Shown here: piece by piece, positions 53,286-64,000 of the stretch | How the letters are laid out: every line of letters begins with the position of its first letter | How positions within the stretch are numbered: position 1 is the first letter of the stretch | Source of the DNA: Chrysomallon squamiferum | Lineage: Eukaryota > Animalia > Mollusca | DNA: 64,000 bases | Reading direction: 5' to 3' | NCBI GenBank assembly: GCA_012295275.1 | Contig: CM022675.1 | Coordinates: 16,120,001-16,184,000 of the forward strand | The notes under the pieces: generated by a model | The model's input: only the letters and a program-made list of their open reading frames with translations | What the model was told of the DNA's origin: nothing | The model's database searches: none | Program-made: the position numbers and the translations under genes

Positions 53286-53548
53286 CATACACAATTAGGA
53301 ATGTATCTGATTTTAACAGTCATTTTATGTTGTGTATCGTACGCAAACAAAGCAGCTGTTACGTGTAAATGGAATGCTGTTTGGATGCAGTTTATTCCTG
53401 TAATGTGGGCATTATTATTTTTAAATCATCATTGCTAGAATGAAACATCCATGTCGTAAAATATAAACTTCCACAAATAGCAAACATTATTTATTATTAA
53501 ACTGATTCTATATTTTTTATTTTTATAGTACTGAAATTAACACCGTGG

Positions 53549-53730
53549 CTACTACTACTACTACTACTACAGTTACTACTATTACTACTACTACTACTAC
53601 TACAATTACTACTGTTACTGCTGCTGCTGCTACTACTAGTACTACTACTACTACAATTACTACTGTTACTACTACTACTACTACTACTACTGCTACTACT
53701 ACTACTACTACTGCTGCTGTTGCTGCTGCT
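53549..53730. repeat. (ACT)n/(GCT)n trinucleotide repeat
   Basis: Directly visible. Confidence 0.92.
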
Positions 53731-53783
53731 TGTATCATATTTTATTATTCATAATTTATTATTAATATTGTTGTTGTTGTTTG

Positions 53784-53815
<32 letters not shown>

Positions 53816-54617
53816 GATTATTATTGCTATTGCTACTGTTATTATTATTGTTATTATCAGATAGTAATAGTGTAATAGACAGTAGCAATGGTGGTAGTAA
53901 CAATAACAGTACATAGTACTAGTAGACAGTACTAACAGTAGTGTATATATATTTATATTAATTTGTTGTTGTTTTGTTGTATCTATCACCAATGCTAATG
54001 CGTTTTTTTTGGAGGGGGTTTTCACCAAATGTATGCTGTAACAAAATTACTTCACAAATGAACATAGAAATATTAATACATTTTTAATGGCTAGTCTATC
54101 TATTTTTGTTTGTTAACTTAAATAAAGATGTCTACTTTCAATTCACAATGTTTCACCATCTTCACGTTTTTAATTTATATTTACGATGTTTCACGGGAAA
54201 TCCCGAGACAGAGGTCGATATGGAACGATTAAAAAGACCTGCGTGTTATATTTCGTTAACTTCTCGTCCGTTTATTGCTTTCTGAAAACCTGCCAAGTTG
54301 CAATTTTACATCGTTTGCACTGCCCGACGCTAACTTTCCGAGTTCTTGTTATGTAACGTTTAGATAACAACACAACGGTTATAAACAAACTGATGATTTG
54401 AAAATGTTAACATCATCCTGTGTAGAAGTGGTGTACACACTGCATGGTGCTAATGAAAGCAATTATTTCCGTGTTGCTCACGCATCAAGGTAACTGTGAG
54501 AAATTCATATTTGACCGACATGAAATGCTATCTGACTTAGCAACCTGTTTTAGTATGTTTCTTGTTCACTTCGTGTGTGTTAAAAAAAATTTGTTCGTCT
54601 TGTAAAGAACATATACT

Positions 54618-64000
<9,383 letters not shown>

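Noticed and set aside
53523-54028. Poly-Thr, poly-Val and poly-Ile ORFs resembling mucin or TM proteins
   Set aside because: Trinucleotide microsatellites without splice or start context.
54015-54045. Possible third PDK first exon (TTTG|gtgaaa on the minus strand)
   Set aside because: No NPSP motif, no ATG-led homologous frame, and a weak donor.

Overview
This is AT-rich, intron-rich animal nuclear DNA, probably a lophotrochozoan such as a mollusc (inferred from gene content, repeat style and CpG pattern). Manual splicing recovers five protein-coding genes that the ORF track mostly misses: the 3' part of CCDC13 (+, 152-11608), SEM1/DSS1 (-, 16183-13973), a NEMP/TMEM194 gene (+, 16853-25249, head-to-head with SEM1), a mitochondrial pyruvate dehydrogenase kinase (PDK, -, ending 33380), and a secreted or cell-surface protein with LDLa-like and EB-like Cys repeats (+, 54618 to window end). 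Decayed transposons include a MULE, a Tc1/mariner and two Tigger/pogo-like MITEs. Main observations: (1) PDK has two paralogous first coding exons with different mitochondrial presequences; (2) many intronic tandem arrays start at exon boundaries and multiply splice signals on the sense strand, including about 35 acceptor+micro-exon+GTAAGT cassettes in PDK intron 10 and about 40 GTAAGT copies behind a weak NEMP donor; (3) NEMP exon 2 has an apparent +1 frameshift; (4) all three LDLa modules lack the same disulfide; (5) one coding exon starts with a perfect 5' splice site. All coordinates were read by eye and no database search was run.
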